Shown: positions 17,012-25,599, counted from the stretch's first letter. The stretch is DNA of 35,737 nt from an uncultured Peptococcaceae bacterium (GCA_949739465.1 CATIYQ010000065.1:1-35737), one strand, 5' to 3'. Translations and numbers: made by a program. Notes: generated from the sequence alone by a model not told the origin.

Positions 17012-18322
17012 TTATTTTAAGATGACGTCGTCCGGTAAGAAATAAGCCCTCGCCTCTGCCGCCATATACAACGACCCTGCGACAAGTAGGATTTCGTCAG
17101 AATTCATTCCTGCCAGCGCTTTTTCACAGGCAAGGGCAATATCCTCCTCCAGGATATAGGGCACGCCGTAGGTCTTGCAAATCTCACCCAAATATTGCCA
17201 ATTTCCCGCCCGCGCCACAGGAGGCTTGGTTATCACTGCATGCTCGCAAAAAGGCAATATTAGCCCAAGAGCAGCTTCCCGCTCTTTATCGGCAAGCATT
17301 CCTAAAACAGCATGGACTTTTTCAATCCCCAAATCTTTTAACGCCCCAGCTAACGCCTTCATACCGTGAGAATTATGAGCGCCGTCAATGATTACCATAG
17401 GACTGTTTTTTTCTGCAGAGGGTTTCCGTACGATTTCCAAACGACAAAGCCATTTCGTAGCGGCAAGACCTTTACGGATAGCTGACTCTTCCAGCCCCAG
17501 GAGATTTGCCACTGCTATGGCGAGAGAAGCGTTTTTCAATTGGTGTTTACCGATTAAAGAAATGGCAACATCATCATAAGAAACGGCTTTCATCTGCCAG
17601 TCAAACTGTTGACCGCGGAGATTCGACTGCTTTTCCCTAAAAAAGAAGTCCTCATCCAGATGATACACCTCAGACTGCATTTCTTTCGCCTTTGCCTGAC
17701 AAATATCCAACGCAACAGAGGTTAAATCCCCCAACACGACGCGGCTGTTTTTCTTGATAATCCCCGCCTTTTCCCGTGCGATTTCCGCAATGCTATTGCC
17801 CAGATAATCCATATGGTCCATGGCAACGTTGGTAATAACGGCAATTTCACTGTCAATGACATTGGTAGAGTCGTGAAGTCCCCCTAAGCCCACTTCCATA
17901 ACGGCAAAGTCCACCTGTTCCCGAGCAAAATAAGTAAGGGCAAGAGCAGTACACACTTCAAATTCTGTAGGAGAAGGGAAACCCTCCGCCACCATTTGGT
18001 CTAAGATAGGCGCGATTTCTGTAAGGAGAGCGGCAACCCGCGCCTTGGAGATTGGCGCACCGTTTATCTGCATTCGCTCCTGATAGGAACGAATATGAGG
18101 CGAGGAAAAAAGCGCCGTTTTATAACCTGCCGCCGCTAATATATTAGCGGTAAAAACAGAGGTCGAACCTTTGCCGTTGGTACCGGTAATGTGGATAAAG
18201 CGCATTCCTTGTTTCTGAGGATTGCCTAAACGGCGCAATAATTCCTCAATCCGCTCCAAACCGGGATTGATACCGAATTTGGTTAAATTTGCCACATAGG
18301 CAAGAGCCTCTTCATAATTCAT
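17012..18322 (-). CDS. folC: Bifunctional folylpolyglutamate synthase / dihydrofolate synthase
   Basis: 436 aa. Mur-ligase P-loop HITGTNGKGST, then AREKAGIIK and DGAHN. Located directly downstream of valS, as in B. subtilis. Confidence 0.93.
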   Translation of the reverse strand: MNYEEALAYVANLTKFGINPGLERIEELLRRLGNPQKQGMRFIHITGTNGKGSTSVFTANILAAAGYKTALFSSPHIRSYQERMQINGAPISKARVAALLTEIAPILDQMVAEGFPSPTEFEVCTALALTYFAREQVDFAVMEVGLGGLHDSTNVIDSEIAVITNVAMDHMDYLGNSIAEIAREKAGIIKKNSRVVLGDLTSVALDICQAKAKEMQSEVYHLDEDFFFREKQSNLRGQQFDWQMKAVSYDDVAISLIGKHQLKNASLAIAVANLLGLEESAIRKGLAATKWLCRLEIVRKPSAEKNSPMVIIDGAHNSHGMKALAGALKDLGIEKVHAVLGMLADKEREAALGLILPFCEHAVITKPPVARAGNWQYLGEICKTYGVPYILEEDIALACEKALAGMNSDEILLVAGSLYMAAEARAYFLPDDVILK

Positions 18323-18357
18323 AATGTTCTACGTTTCCCTTCTGTGCTTAGCCAATC

Positions 18358-21006
18358 TTAGCAAAACATGGCAAGCCGTTCCGCTAAGGCTTCTTTTTTC
18401 TCTGTCAGTTCCGCCGCTTTTTCTTTTTCCTTTTCGATAACGTCGGCAGGGGCTTTCGCCAGGAATCCTTCATTGCCCAGCTTGCCGTTAATCCGCGCCA
18501 AATCTTTGTCGATAGCGGCAATTTCTTTGTTCAAGCGAGCAATTTCTTTTTCAAAGTCAATGAGTCCTTTTAATGGCAAGAAAATATCTACGCCTTTTAC
18601 ATGGGCGCTGCCTGCTTGTTCGGGTGCTGCGTCTTGTTTTTCCGTAATAACAACCTTTTCTGCGCTGGCAAGAGAGAGCAGATATGCTTCCCCTTGACGG
18701 AGAATTTCCTGTTGCTCTTGATCCGCCCAGAGAATCAATTCAGATTTTTTACCCAGGGGCACGTTCATTTCCCCGCGGATATTCCGCACTGCGCGAATGA
18801 CTTCCATGAGGAGAGACATTTGCCGAGCTTCCTCTTCATATACGGCAACATCTCCGGCTTCGGGCCATTTAGAGAGCATAATGGTATCGCCTTCGGTAGG
18901 CAGATTTTGCCACAGTTCTTCCGTAATAAAGGGCATGAAAGGGTGCAAAAGCTGCAACGTCTTTTCCAATACAGTAGAAAGAACAAATTGAGCAGTATAT
19001 TTTTCTTGAGCCGTTCCCTTATAAAGTCTGGCTTTTGCCATTTCGATGTACCAGTCGCAGAATTCATCCCACATGAAGTCATAGAGGGTTCGCGCCGCTT
19101 CCCCTAATTCATATTTATCCAAGAAACGAGTGGTATCTGTAATGGTCTGAGAAAGCCGAGTTAGAATCCATTTGTCAGCCAGCGTATATTCAGGCGTGTA
19201 AGCGTCTCTCTCATAATCTGTCAAATTCATTAAAACGAAACGGCTTGCATTCCAGATTTTATTGGCAAAGTTCCGTGCCGCTTCCAGCCGTTCCCGTTGG
19301 AACCGTAAATCGTTCCCTGGGGTGTTGCCGGTGATAAGCATAAACCGTAAAGTATCCGCCCCTACCTCCTCGATAACTTCCAAGGGGTCGATGCCGTTGC
19401 CCAGAGATTTGGACATTTTCCGTCCTTGAGCGTCTAATACTAAACCGTGAATCAGAACATGCTTAAAGGGTTCTTTTTCCATGAATTCCATACCCATGAA
19501 AATCATTCTGGCAACCCAGAAGAAGATGATATCCCGTCCCGTTACCAAGACAGAAGTAGGATACATCTTTTTCAGGTCTGCTGTTTCCTCCGGCCAACCC
19601 ATGGTGGAAAAGGGCCATAACCCGGAGGAGAACCAAGTATCTAATACATCAGGGTCTTGTTCTAAGTTTGCAGAGCCGCATTTCGGGCAAGTGTGAGGCG
19701 CGTCTTTCTGACAAATCACTTCGCCGCAATCCTGGCAATACCACACAGGGATACGGTGTCCCCACCACAATTGACGGGAAATGCACCAATCTCGAATGCC
19801 ATCTAACCAGCCTAAATAAATTTTTGTAAAGCGGTCCGGCACAAAGGCAATATCCTTGTTATCAATGGCCTTAGTAGCTTTTGCCACAGAAGGCGTCATT
19901 TTGATAAACCATTGAGGAGAAACCAACGGCTCGATAACGCTGCCGCAACGGTAGCATTCCCCTACCGCGTGTTCAATGTCCTCGATTTTTTCCAATAACC
20001 CCAGTTGTTTAAATTCTTCGATGACCTTTTTGCGGCACTCGTCTCTGTCCAAACCTGCAAATTTTCCGGCGGCTTCCGTCATTTTAGCGTCTTTGCCGAT
20101 GACCACGATTTGTTCTAAATGGTGGGCAAGTCCCATGTTAAAGTCATTGGGGTCGTGAGACGGCGTGATTTTCACCGCCCCTGTCCCATAAGACATATCT
20201 ACATATTCGTCAGCGATGATAGGGATTTCCCGATTGACGATTGGCAGCATAATGGTTTTCCCCACCATATCTTTGTACCGTTCATCATCAGGGTGAACGG
20301 CTACTGCCGTATCGCCCAGCATAGTTTCAGGACGAGTGGTAGCGACGATGACATAGCCGCTGCCGTCGGTAAGAGGATATTTCAAATGCCATAAATGACC
20401 TGCATGGTTTTTATGTTCTACTTCAATATCAGAAATGGTGGTCTGACATTTGGGACACCAGTTAATCATATAACTGCCCCGATAGATTAAGCCTTTTTCA
20501 TATAATTTGACAAAGACTTCCTGTACTGCTTTGGAGCAGCCTTCATCTAACGTAAACCGTTCCTTGTCCCAATCACAGGAAGAACCCAGCTTCCGCAGCT
20601 GTTTGGTGATTCTGCCATGGTATTCATCTTTCCATTCCCAGACTTTTTCGATGAATTTTTCCCGTCCCAAGTCGTATTTGGTCACGCCGTCTTTAGCAAG
20701 GTGGGCTTCAACCTTGGCTTGGGTAGCGATGCCTGCATGGTCCGTGCCGGGAATCCAGAGCGTATGATACCCCTGCATTCGTTTCCAACGGGTAAGAATG
20801 TCCTGCATAGTGTTATCCAGAGCATGTCCCATATGGAGCTGCCCCGTTACATTAGGCGGCGGCATCACGATAGAGAAAGGCTTGCCTTCTTTATTATGTT
20901 CCGAGCTGAAACATTTGTGGCTTTCCCAATAATCATACCATTTTTCTTCTACTTCTTTGGGGTTATATACCGTATTTAACGCTACGGTGTTTTTGGCTTC
21001 TGTCAT
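18358..21006 (-). CDS. valS: Valine--tRNA ligase
   Basis: Class I motifs PPNVTGQLHMGH (HIGH) and KMSKS. C-terminal coiled coil. Start moved to the ATG at 21006 (MTEAKNTVAL...), which has GGAGGAG 7 nt upstream. The track start at 21039 lies inside the T-box terminator tail. Confidence 0.97.
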   Translation of the reverse strand: MTEAKNTVALNTVYNPKEVEEKWYDYWESHKCFSSEHNKEGKPFSIVMPPPNVTGQLHMGHALDNTMQDILTRWKRMQGYHTLWIPGTDHAGIATQAKVEAHLAKDGVTKYDLGREKFIEKVWEWKDEYHGRITKQLRKLGSSCDWDKERFTLDEGCSKAVQEVFVKLYEKGLIYRGSYMINWCPKCQTTISDIEVEHKNHAGHLWHLKYPLTDGSGYVIVATTRPETMLGDTAVAVHPDDERYKDMVGKTIMLPIVNREIPIIADEYVDMSYGTGAVKITPSHDPNDFNMGLAHHLEQIVVIGKDAKMTEAAGKFAGLDRDECRKKVIEEFKQLGLLEKIEDIEHAVGECYRCGSVIEPLVSPQWFIKMTPSVAKATKAIDNKDIAFVPDRFTKIYLGWLDGIRDWCISRQLWWGHRIPVWYCQDCGEVICQKDAPHTCPKCGSANLEQDPDVLDTWFSSGLWPFSTMGWPEETADLKKMYPTSVLVTGRDIIFFWVARMIFMGMEFMEKEPFKHVLIHGLVLDAQGRKMSKSLGNGIDPLEVIEEVGADTLRFMLITGNTPGNDLRFQRERLEAARNFANKIWNASRFVLMNLTDYERDAYTPEYTLADKWILTRLSQTITDTTRFLDKYELGEAARTLYDFMWDEFCDWYIEMAKARLYKGTAQEKYTAQFVLSTVLEKTLQLLHPFMPFITEELWQNLPTEGDTIMLSKWPEAGDVAVYEEEARQMSLLMEVIRAVRNIRGEMNVPLGKKSELILWADQEQQEILRQGEAYLLSLASAEKVVITEKQDAAPEQAGSAHVKGVDIFLPLKGLIDFEKEIARLNKEIAAIDKDLARINGKLGNEGFLAKAPADVIEKEKEKAAELTEKKEALAERLAMFC

Positions 21007-21039
21007 GATGACTCCTCCTGTTCTTCCATAAAACGTCAT

Positions 21040-21081
21040 AAAATAAAAGGAGCTTTTCTCGCCAAAGGACGAAAAAGCTCC
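21040..21081 (-). terminator. T-box attenuator terminator
   Basis: Stem GGAGCTTTT (21049-21057 on plus) / AAAAGCTCC (21073-21081). Followed on the minus strand by TTTTATTTT. Confidence 0.8.
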
Positions 21082-21312
21082 GTGGTACCACCTTCATTCC
21101 TAGCGGCATTTTTTATGCCGCCAGGCGCTCTCTGCTATAACGGGCAAACCCGAAACGCCCTACCCAATGCAGAAAACCTGCATCTTCAAGCGTTTGTCTC
21201 CGAGGCTACCTTCTTGCCGCCGTCTTAGTAAGCCTTTCAGCCCTAGGGCTTACCTCTCTGGAAGTCCGGTAGAGCAATACTCCTCCTCGTCATAGACCGT
21301 TCTGTTTATATT
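21040..21312 (-). promoter_or_regulatory. T-box leader (tRNA-sensing transcription attenuator) for valS
   Basis: The minus strand contains an AGAGAG element. It also contains the conserved T-box sequence GAAGGUGGUACCACGG (complement of 21079-21094), overlapping a terminator. The UGGU bulge predicts pairing with an A73 discriminator, consistent with tRNA-Val. Candidate GUA specifier at 21207-21209. Confidence 0.85.
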
Positions 21313-21318
21313 TTCTTT

Positions 21319-21347
21319 ATCATAAACAAAAAAAATCTTTCTGTCAA
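21319..21347 (-). promoter_or_regulatory. Sigma-70/SigA-type promoter for the valS leader
   Basis: Minus strand reads TTGACA (21342-21347), 17 nt, TATGAT (21319-21324). The -35 overlaps the stop codon of the upstream small gene. Confidence 0.65.
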
Positions 21348-21664
21348 TGAGAGATTTTTTCTTCTTTTTTCTCCAAGAGTTTCACGCCCATCATCGCCAT
21401 AGAGCCGAAGATAACCATAATAAAGCAAGCCGCCCCCATAAATATCCAAGGACTGCGTCCCGAAAAGCCAAAACTTGCCAAAGCGATAAAAAGTGTAAAT
21501 ATACCCATGCAAGAAAGGTGTAACTTCCACCAACGGGTCAGGTCCCCTACGCTAATCACTTCTTTTTGTCTGGCTACAAGGATTGCCGCTACACGCTCTT
21601 GCCGTAACAATATTGCCATGAGGATAAAAACGCCGCCCAAAAGAGCCAACCCAATTCCTGCCAC
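21344..21664 (-). CDS. Hypothetical small membrane protein (about 3 TM)
   Basis: 106 aa with a GTG start. GGGAGAGG about 9 nt upstream. An extended -10 (TGgTATGAT) lies further upstream. Hydrophobic segments IGLALLGGVFILMAILL, MGIFTLFIALASFGF and IFMGAACFIMVIFGSMAMMGV. No family recognised. Confidence 0.6.
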   Translation of the reverse strand: MAGIGLALLGGVFILMAILLRQERVAAILVARQKEVISVGDLTRWWKLHLSCMGIFTLFIALASFGFSGRSPWIFMGAACFIMVIFGSMAMMGVKLLEKKEEKISH

Positions 21665-21752
21665 TTACAAACGCCTCTCCCATCTCGCTTATCATATATT
21701 TTTATCATACCACAAATCTTCGGAAAGAGATACGCTTATTTTCAAAAAGCAG

Positions 21753-22148
21753 CTATTCTGTCGGCGGACGGTTGGCAGCGACTACCCCTGCCAGGCTTTT
21801 TCCCAGCATACTTCCCAAAAAGCCCACAGCCGTCAATAGAACCATAGGCACAATCACCGTATAGACGTTTAATAACATAGGCAAAAACCAAATGAGAAAC
21901 AAGAGCCAAAGTCCCCAAAGAATAACGTTAAACGCTCCGCTGTAAAAAAGAGCTTTGCCCTCTGTAAAAAAACCAATATACATATGAATGAGGAAGCACA
22001 CCAAGGGCAACAATATCTGCCACCAAAGAGAGATGTTTAATACCGTTCCCAAGGGAAGAAAATATAACACGCCAAAGGCTATAAGAAAAAAAACGCAAAC
22101 AAATAGGAAAAGGAATACAATGCCGTTACGAACAATGCCCCACTCCAT
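21753..22148 (-). CDS. Hypothetical polytopic membrane protein (about 4 TM)
   Basis: 131 aa. ATG with GGAGG 9 nt upstream. Strongly hydrophobic throughout. No family recognised. Confidence 0.68.
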   Translation of the reverse strand: MEWGIVRNGIVFLFLFVCVFFLIAFGVLYFLPLGTVLNISLWWQILLPLVCFLIHMYIGFFTEGKALFYSGAFNVILWGLWLLFLIWFLPMLLNVYTVIVPMVLLTAVGFLGSMLGKSLAGVVAANRPPTE

Positions 22149-22298
22149 AGCTTACCGCCTCCTATCACTCCATGAAACCTGTCTTCTTCATCTATATGTG
22201 CAAAATATGATTTCATGCAAAAGATTTTGCGCCAGGGGTAGACAAATATGCTAAAATAGAAGAAGCAAAAGAAACAGCAAAACAGAAAGGAAGTCTTT

Positions 22299-22553
22299 GT
22301 GATGAAAAAATCTGAAGTCATTGAACTGGTAGCAAAATGTTCCCAGGAACAATATGAAAAACAACGGGAATTTATCACTCAGTGTCTGGAAAATAAAGTC
22401 AGCGAACTGACCGAGCATACCCGCACTTACGACCCAGTGGATATTATTCCCTTTGTTTTTGGCACCGGCATCAATCTCGCCTGCCAAATCAGCGCTTTTA
22501 ACACCATGGATATTTTAGAAAAGTTGGGCTTAATTTCTTTTGACGCCGAATAA
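22299..22553 (+). CDS. Hypothetical small soluble protein
   Basis: 84 aa (GTG at 22299 or ATG at 22302) with AAAGGAAG upstream. Balanced, helical-looking composition. An extended -10 (TGcTAAAAT, 22249-22257) lies upstream and a strong terminator follows. The overlapping minus-strand ORFs are low complexity. Confidence 0.6.
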   Translation: MMKKSEVIELVAKCSQEQYEKQREFITQCLENKVSELTEHTRTYDPVDIIPFVFGTGINLACQISAFNTMDILEKLGLISFDAE

Positions 22554-22580
22554 TCTGATTCCTGCTTACAGACAATACGC

Positions 22581-22618
22581 AAAAAGGCTTTGACAGCATA
22601 CGCTGCCAAAGCCTTTTT
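22581..22618. terminator. Bidirectional intrinsic terminator (ends the feo operon on minus and the 84-aa gene on plus)
   Basis: 12-bp stem AAAAAGGCTTTG (22581-22592) / CAAAGCCTTTTT (22607-22618), 14-nt loop. T-runs are available on both strands. Confidence 0.75.
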
Positions 22619-22672
22619 GCTAATAACATTATAACCAAATAACAATGGAATGAAATAATCCGAAACGATTGT

Positions 22673-22822
22673 TTATGATTTGCTGCTGTGGCATTTGTCC
22701 GCCAGGGCGCAACCCTCGCAGCCGCAACCGCAGCCGCCGCCTCTTTTATGATTTTTATATGTTACGTATGCAGCAAAGAGAAAGATGCCGCAAACAACCG
22801 TTCCCAAAAGCCAATTTGCCAT
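22673..22822 (-). CDS. FeoB-associated Cys-rich small membrane protein (not in ORF track)
   Basis: 49 aa: MANWLLGTVVCGIFLFAAYVTYKNHKRGGGCGCGCEGCALADKCHSSKS. One TM helix plus a CGCGCxGC cluster. AGGAGG 7 nt upstream of the ATG (22820-22822). Starts 21 nt after the feoB stop. Matches the pattern of the small Cys-rich proteins found after feoB in Firmicutes. Confidence 0.8.
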   Translation of the reverse strand: MANWLLGTVVCGIFLFAAYVTYKNHKRGGGCGCGCEGCALADKCHSSKS

Positions 22823-22843
22823 AGGAAAAACCTCCTTTTTCGC

Positions 22844-24991
22844 CTAAGCCTTCAAAGCGTTACGGCTCACAAGCGCGCTATGCCGTTCCTCTTTGTAAGG
22901 ACGGAATAAGAGCCAGAGGAAAACTGCTACAATGAGGAGCGCAAGCACAGTGAATACCGTAAGACCGCCGCCGGTAAAGAATAAGCCCAACTGATAAATG
23001 GCGAAGGATACAGCATAGGCAAGCCCCGTTTGGTAGCCAATGGCAAACCAAGTCCATTTAGCGCTTGCCATTTCCCGGCGAATTGCGCCGATAGCGGCAA
23101 AGCAAGGCGCGCAGAGAAGATTGAATACCAAGAAGGAGAAAGCGGAAAGCTGTGTGAAATCAGCCGTCAATAACGGCCAAATTTCGGCGCCGTCTTCTGC
23201 CACTTCCGCAAAACCATAGAGAATACCAAAAGTGCCGACTACGTTTTCTTTGGCGATTAAACCGGTTACCGCAGCTACTGCCGCTTGCCAATGCCCCCAA
23301 CCTAATGGGCTGAAGAGCGGCGCTAATACATTACCGATGTCTGCAAGCATGGAGTTTTCGGTTTCTACCATTTCCAGAGACCAGTTAAAGGTCTGCAAGA
23401 ACCAGATAAGCCCGCAAGCCAGAAAGATAACAGTCCCGGCTTTTTTCACAAATGCCTTACCTCTATCCCACATATGAAGAAGCACACCCTTAAGCCCTGG
23501 AATATGATAAGGAGGCAGCTCCATAACGAAAGGCGCAACGTCTCCGGAAAAGGAGCGGAACTTCTTCAAAATCACACCGGAAACCACAATGGCAGCCATA
23601 CCGATGAAATATGCCGCAGGACCAACCCAAGCCGCTTCCGAGAACAACGCCCCAGCAATGAGAGCAATGATAGGCAACTTTGCCCCGCAAGGAATAAATG
23701 TAGTCGTAATGATGGTGATTCTTCTGTCTCGTTCGTTTTCAATGGTACGAGACGCCATAATCCCAGGCACACCGCAGCCGGTACCGATTAACATAGGAAT
23801 AAAGGATTTCCCGGAAAGACCAAAGCGACGGAAAATACGGTCCATGATGAAAGCGATTCTTGCCATATAACCGCAGTCTTCCAAAATCGCCAAGCAGAAG
23901 AAGAGGGTGAGCATTTGAGGCAAGAAACCCAGTACCGCGCCAATGCCGCCAATAATACCGTCTAAAATCAAAGAAGAGAGCCAAGGCGCAGCATTGATGC
24001 TTTCCAACCAACCTTCTACTGCCGGCGGAATAATTTCCCCAAACAGCCCATCGTTTACCCAATCCGTCATCATAGTGCCTATCGTGGTGATAGAGAGATA
24101 ATAAACGGCAAACATGACAACTGCAAAGATAGGCAATGCCAGGAAACGGTTGGTAACAATCTTATCAATTTTATCAGAAACAGATAAGCTATGTTTTTCC
24201 CGTTTACTATGAAAACATTCCTTAATTACCTCAGCAATAAATTCATATCGCCCATTGGTGATGATGCTTTCACTATCGTCATCCATGTTTTCTTCCAACG
24301 CGGCAATGATTTTTTCCACCTGCTCTGCTTCTGCAGGAGAAAAACCTATCTTCTTGCAGGCAACTTCGTCCCGTTCAAAAACTTTTATTTCATACCAAGG
24401 CAGGAGATGCCGCTCCACCTTATCGCCGATGATACTACCGATTTGCGAAAGGACAGCGCCCATTTCCCCTGTGAAAATTTCCAGTGGTTTTGCCCGCTGG
24501 GCATTTTTTGCCAGCGCCAAAGCTTTTTCCACTGCCTCCAGACAACCTTTTTCCTTTAAGGCCGAGGTTTCAACTACCGGACACCCCAAGAGCCGTTCCA
24601 AAGCCGCAATGTCGATTTTAATTCCTTGTTTTTCCACCAAGTCCGTCATATTCAGGGCGACCACCGTAGGCAACCCCATTTCCAACACTTGAGTGGTTAA
24701 GTAGAGATTTCGTTCCAGATTGGTACTGTCCACAATGTTGATAATCGCATCAGGTTTATCATCAATGAGATAATTACGGGAAACTACTTCCTCCAGGGTG
24801 TAAGGCGACAAGGAATAAACCCCCGGTAAATCCACAACCTCCACGCCGCTGTGCTTTCTCAGCTTGCCGGCTTTCTTTTCTACCGTGACACCAGGCCAAT
24901 TGCCCACATATTGAGAGCTGCCCGTTAAAGAATTAAACATGGTAGTCTTCCCGCAGTTTGGATTCCCTACCAGTGCAATTCGTATGTTCAT
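22844..24991 (-). CDS. feoB: Ferrous iron transporter FeoB
   Basis: 715 aa. N-terminal G domain (GNPNCGKTT, DLPG, NMTD) followed by the polytopic permease. AGGAGG 7 nt upstream. Confidence 0.97.
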   Translation of the reverse strand: MNIRIALVGNPNCGKTTMFNSLTGSSQYVGNWPGVTVEKKAGKLRKHSGVEVVDLPGVYSLSPYTLEEVVSRNYLIDDKPDAIINIVDSTNLERNLYLTTQVLEMGLPTVVALNMTDLVEKQGIKIDIAALERLLGCPVVETSALKEKGCLEAVEKALALAKNAQRAKPLEIFTGEMGAVLSQIGSIIGDKVERHLLPWYEIKVFERDEVACKKIGFSPAEAEQVEKIIAALEENMDDDSESIITNGRYEFIAEVIKECFHSKREKHSLSVSDKIDKIVTNRFLALPIFAVVMFAVYYLSITTIGTMMTDWVNDGLFGEIIPPAVEGWLESINAAPWLSSLILDGIIGGIGAVLGFLPQMLTLFFCLAILEDCGYMARIAFIMDRIFRRFGLSGKSFIPMLIGTGCGVPGIMASRTIENERDRRITIITTTFIPCGAKLPIIALIAGALFSEAAWVGPAAYFIGMAAIVVSGVILKKFRSFSGDVAPFVMELPPYHIPGLKGVLLHMWDRGKAFVKKAGTVIFLACGLIWFLQTFNWSLEMVETENSMLADIGNVLAPLFSPLGWGHWQAAVAAVTGLIAKENVVGTFGILYGFAEVAEDGAEIWPLLTADFTQLSAFSFLVFNLLCAPCFAAIGAIRREMASAKWTWFAIGYQTGLAYAVSFAIYQLGLFFTGGGLTVFTVLALLIVAVFLWLLFRPYKEERHSALVSRNALKA

Positions 24992-25010
24992 GTAACATCC
25001 TCCTTTTCAG

Positions 25011-25029
25011 TTAGTTACTGCTAACCTAT
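25011..25029. promoter_or_regulatory. Putative DtxR/IdeR-type iron box directly upstream of the feoB RBS
   Basis: TTAGTTACTGCTAACCTAT matches the canonical box TTAGGTTAGCCTAACCTAA at 13 of 19 positions by hand alignment. One half-site (CTAACCTA) is perfect. TATAAT-like hexamers lie just upstream on the minus strand, at the end of feoA. Confidence 0.45.
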
Positions 25030-25045
25030 TGTGAAAAAATTATAA

Positions 25046-25267
25046 TTATAATACTTCAATGATTTCCGCGTCATGCTTACGAATGCTCAGCTCATAGCCC
25101 CGCACGGTGATTTCCATAGGGTCGCCTAACGGCGCAACTTTTCGCACCAAGATTTCCACCCCCTTGGTGATGCCCATATCCATGACCCGCCGTTTTAGCG
25201 CGCCTTCTCCATGGATTTTCGCCACAGTTACAGCATTTCCCGCTTTCACTTGATTTAATGTGCTCAT
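25046..25267 (-). CDS. feoA: FeoA-family protein (second copy)
   Basis: 73 aa from the ATG at 25267 (GGGAGG upstream): MSTLNQVKAGNAVTVAKIHGEGALKRRVMDMGITKGVEILVRKVAPLGDPMEI, a FeoA SH3-like pattern. The longer track start (25342) would overlap the first feoA. Confidence 0.9.
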   Translation of the reverse strand: MSTLNQVKAGNAVTVAKIHGEGALKRRVMDMGITKGVEILVRKVAPLGDPMEITVRGYELSIRKHDAEIIEVL

Positions 25268-25277
25268 CTTAACCTCC

Positions 25278-25487
25278 CTAAACCATAATTCGATTTGCCA
25301 TATTTCTGTCCAGGGCAACTCTCGTGCCTTTGACATTGACAATGATATTGCCGGCTAACTTAGAAACGACAACGATTTCCTCTCCTTCCAGACAGCCTAA
25401 CCGGTGCAAAAATTGCAATGCGTCGTCTTTTCCTTTAATTTTTTTGATTACAACCCTTTCACCCATAGGCGCAAGACCAAGCGGCAT
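25278..25487 (-). CDS. feoA: FeoA-family protein (first copy)
   Basis: 69 aa: LAPMGERVVIKKIKG...LHRLGCLEGEEIVVVSKLAGNIIVNVKGTRVAL, a FeoA pattern. Confidence 0.9.
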   Translation of the reverse strand: MPLGLAPMGERVVIKKIKGKDDALQFLHRLGCLEGEEIVVVSKLAGNIIVNVKGTRVALDRNMANRIMV

Positions 25488-25504
25488 ATCAGCATCACTT
25501 CCTT

Positions 25505-25559
25505 TTAGTTATCCCTGGCTAACTCACTTCCAAAAAGAATAGTTAGCTACCACTAACTA
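25505..25559. promoter_or_regulatory. Two operator-like inverted repeats in the feoA 5' UTR
   Basis: TAGTTA-N7-CTAACT (25506-25524) and TAGTTA-N7-CTAACTA (25540-25559). Both lie between the predicted -10 and the feoA RBS. Confidence 0.45.
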
Positions 25560-25570
25560 ATTTCAGACAT

Positions 25571-25599
25571 ATTCTACTATTCTAATCCCAGAATGTCAA
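25571..25599 (-). promoter_or_regulatory. Sigma-70/SigA-type promoter for the feo operon
   Basis: Minus strand reads TTGACA (25594-25599), 17 nt, TAGAAT (25571-25576). Flanked by a 7-bp inverted repeat, TTCTAAT (25580-25586) / ATTAGAA (25605-25611). Confidence 0.65.

Noticed and set aside
22079-22487. Two overlapping minus-strand ORFs (99 aa and 78 aa) across the divergent spacer and the 84-aa gene.
   Set aside because: Their composition is extremely Phe/Leu/Cys-rich and they have no RBS. They overlap a predicted promoter region and a plus-strand ORF that has better coding character, its own RBS and a terminator.
22688-22909. 73-aa plus-strand track ORF at the 3' end of feoB.
   Set aside because: It is antisense to the well-supported 49-aa Cys-rich ORF and to the feoB C-terminus. 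It has a GTG start, no RBS, and an Ala-run composition that reflects the complement of the Cys/Gly codons.
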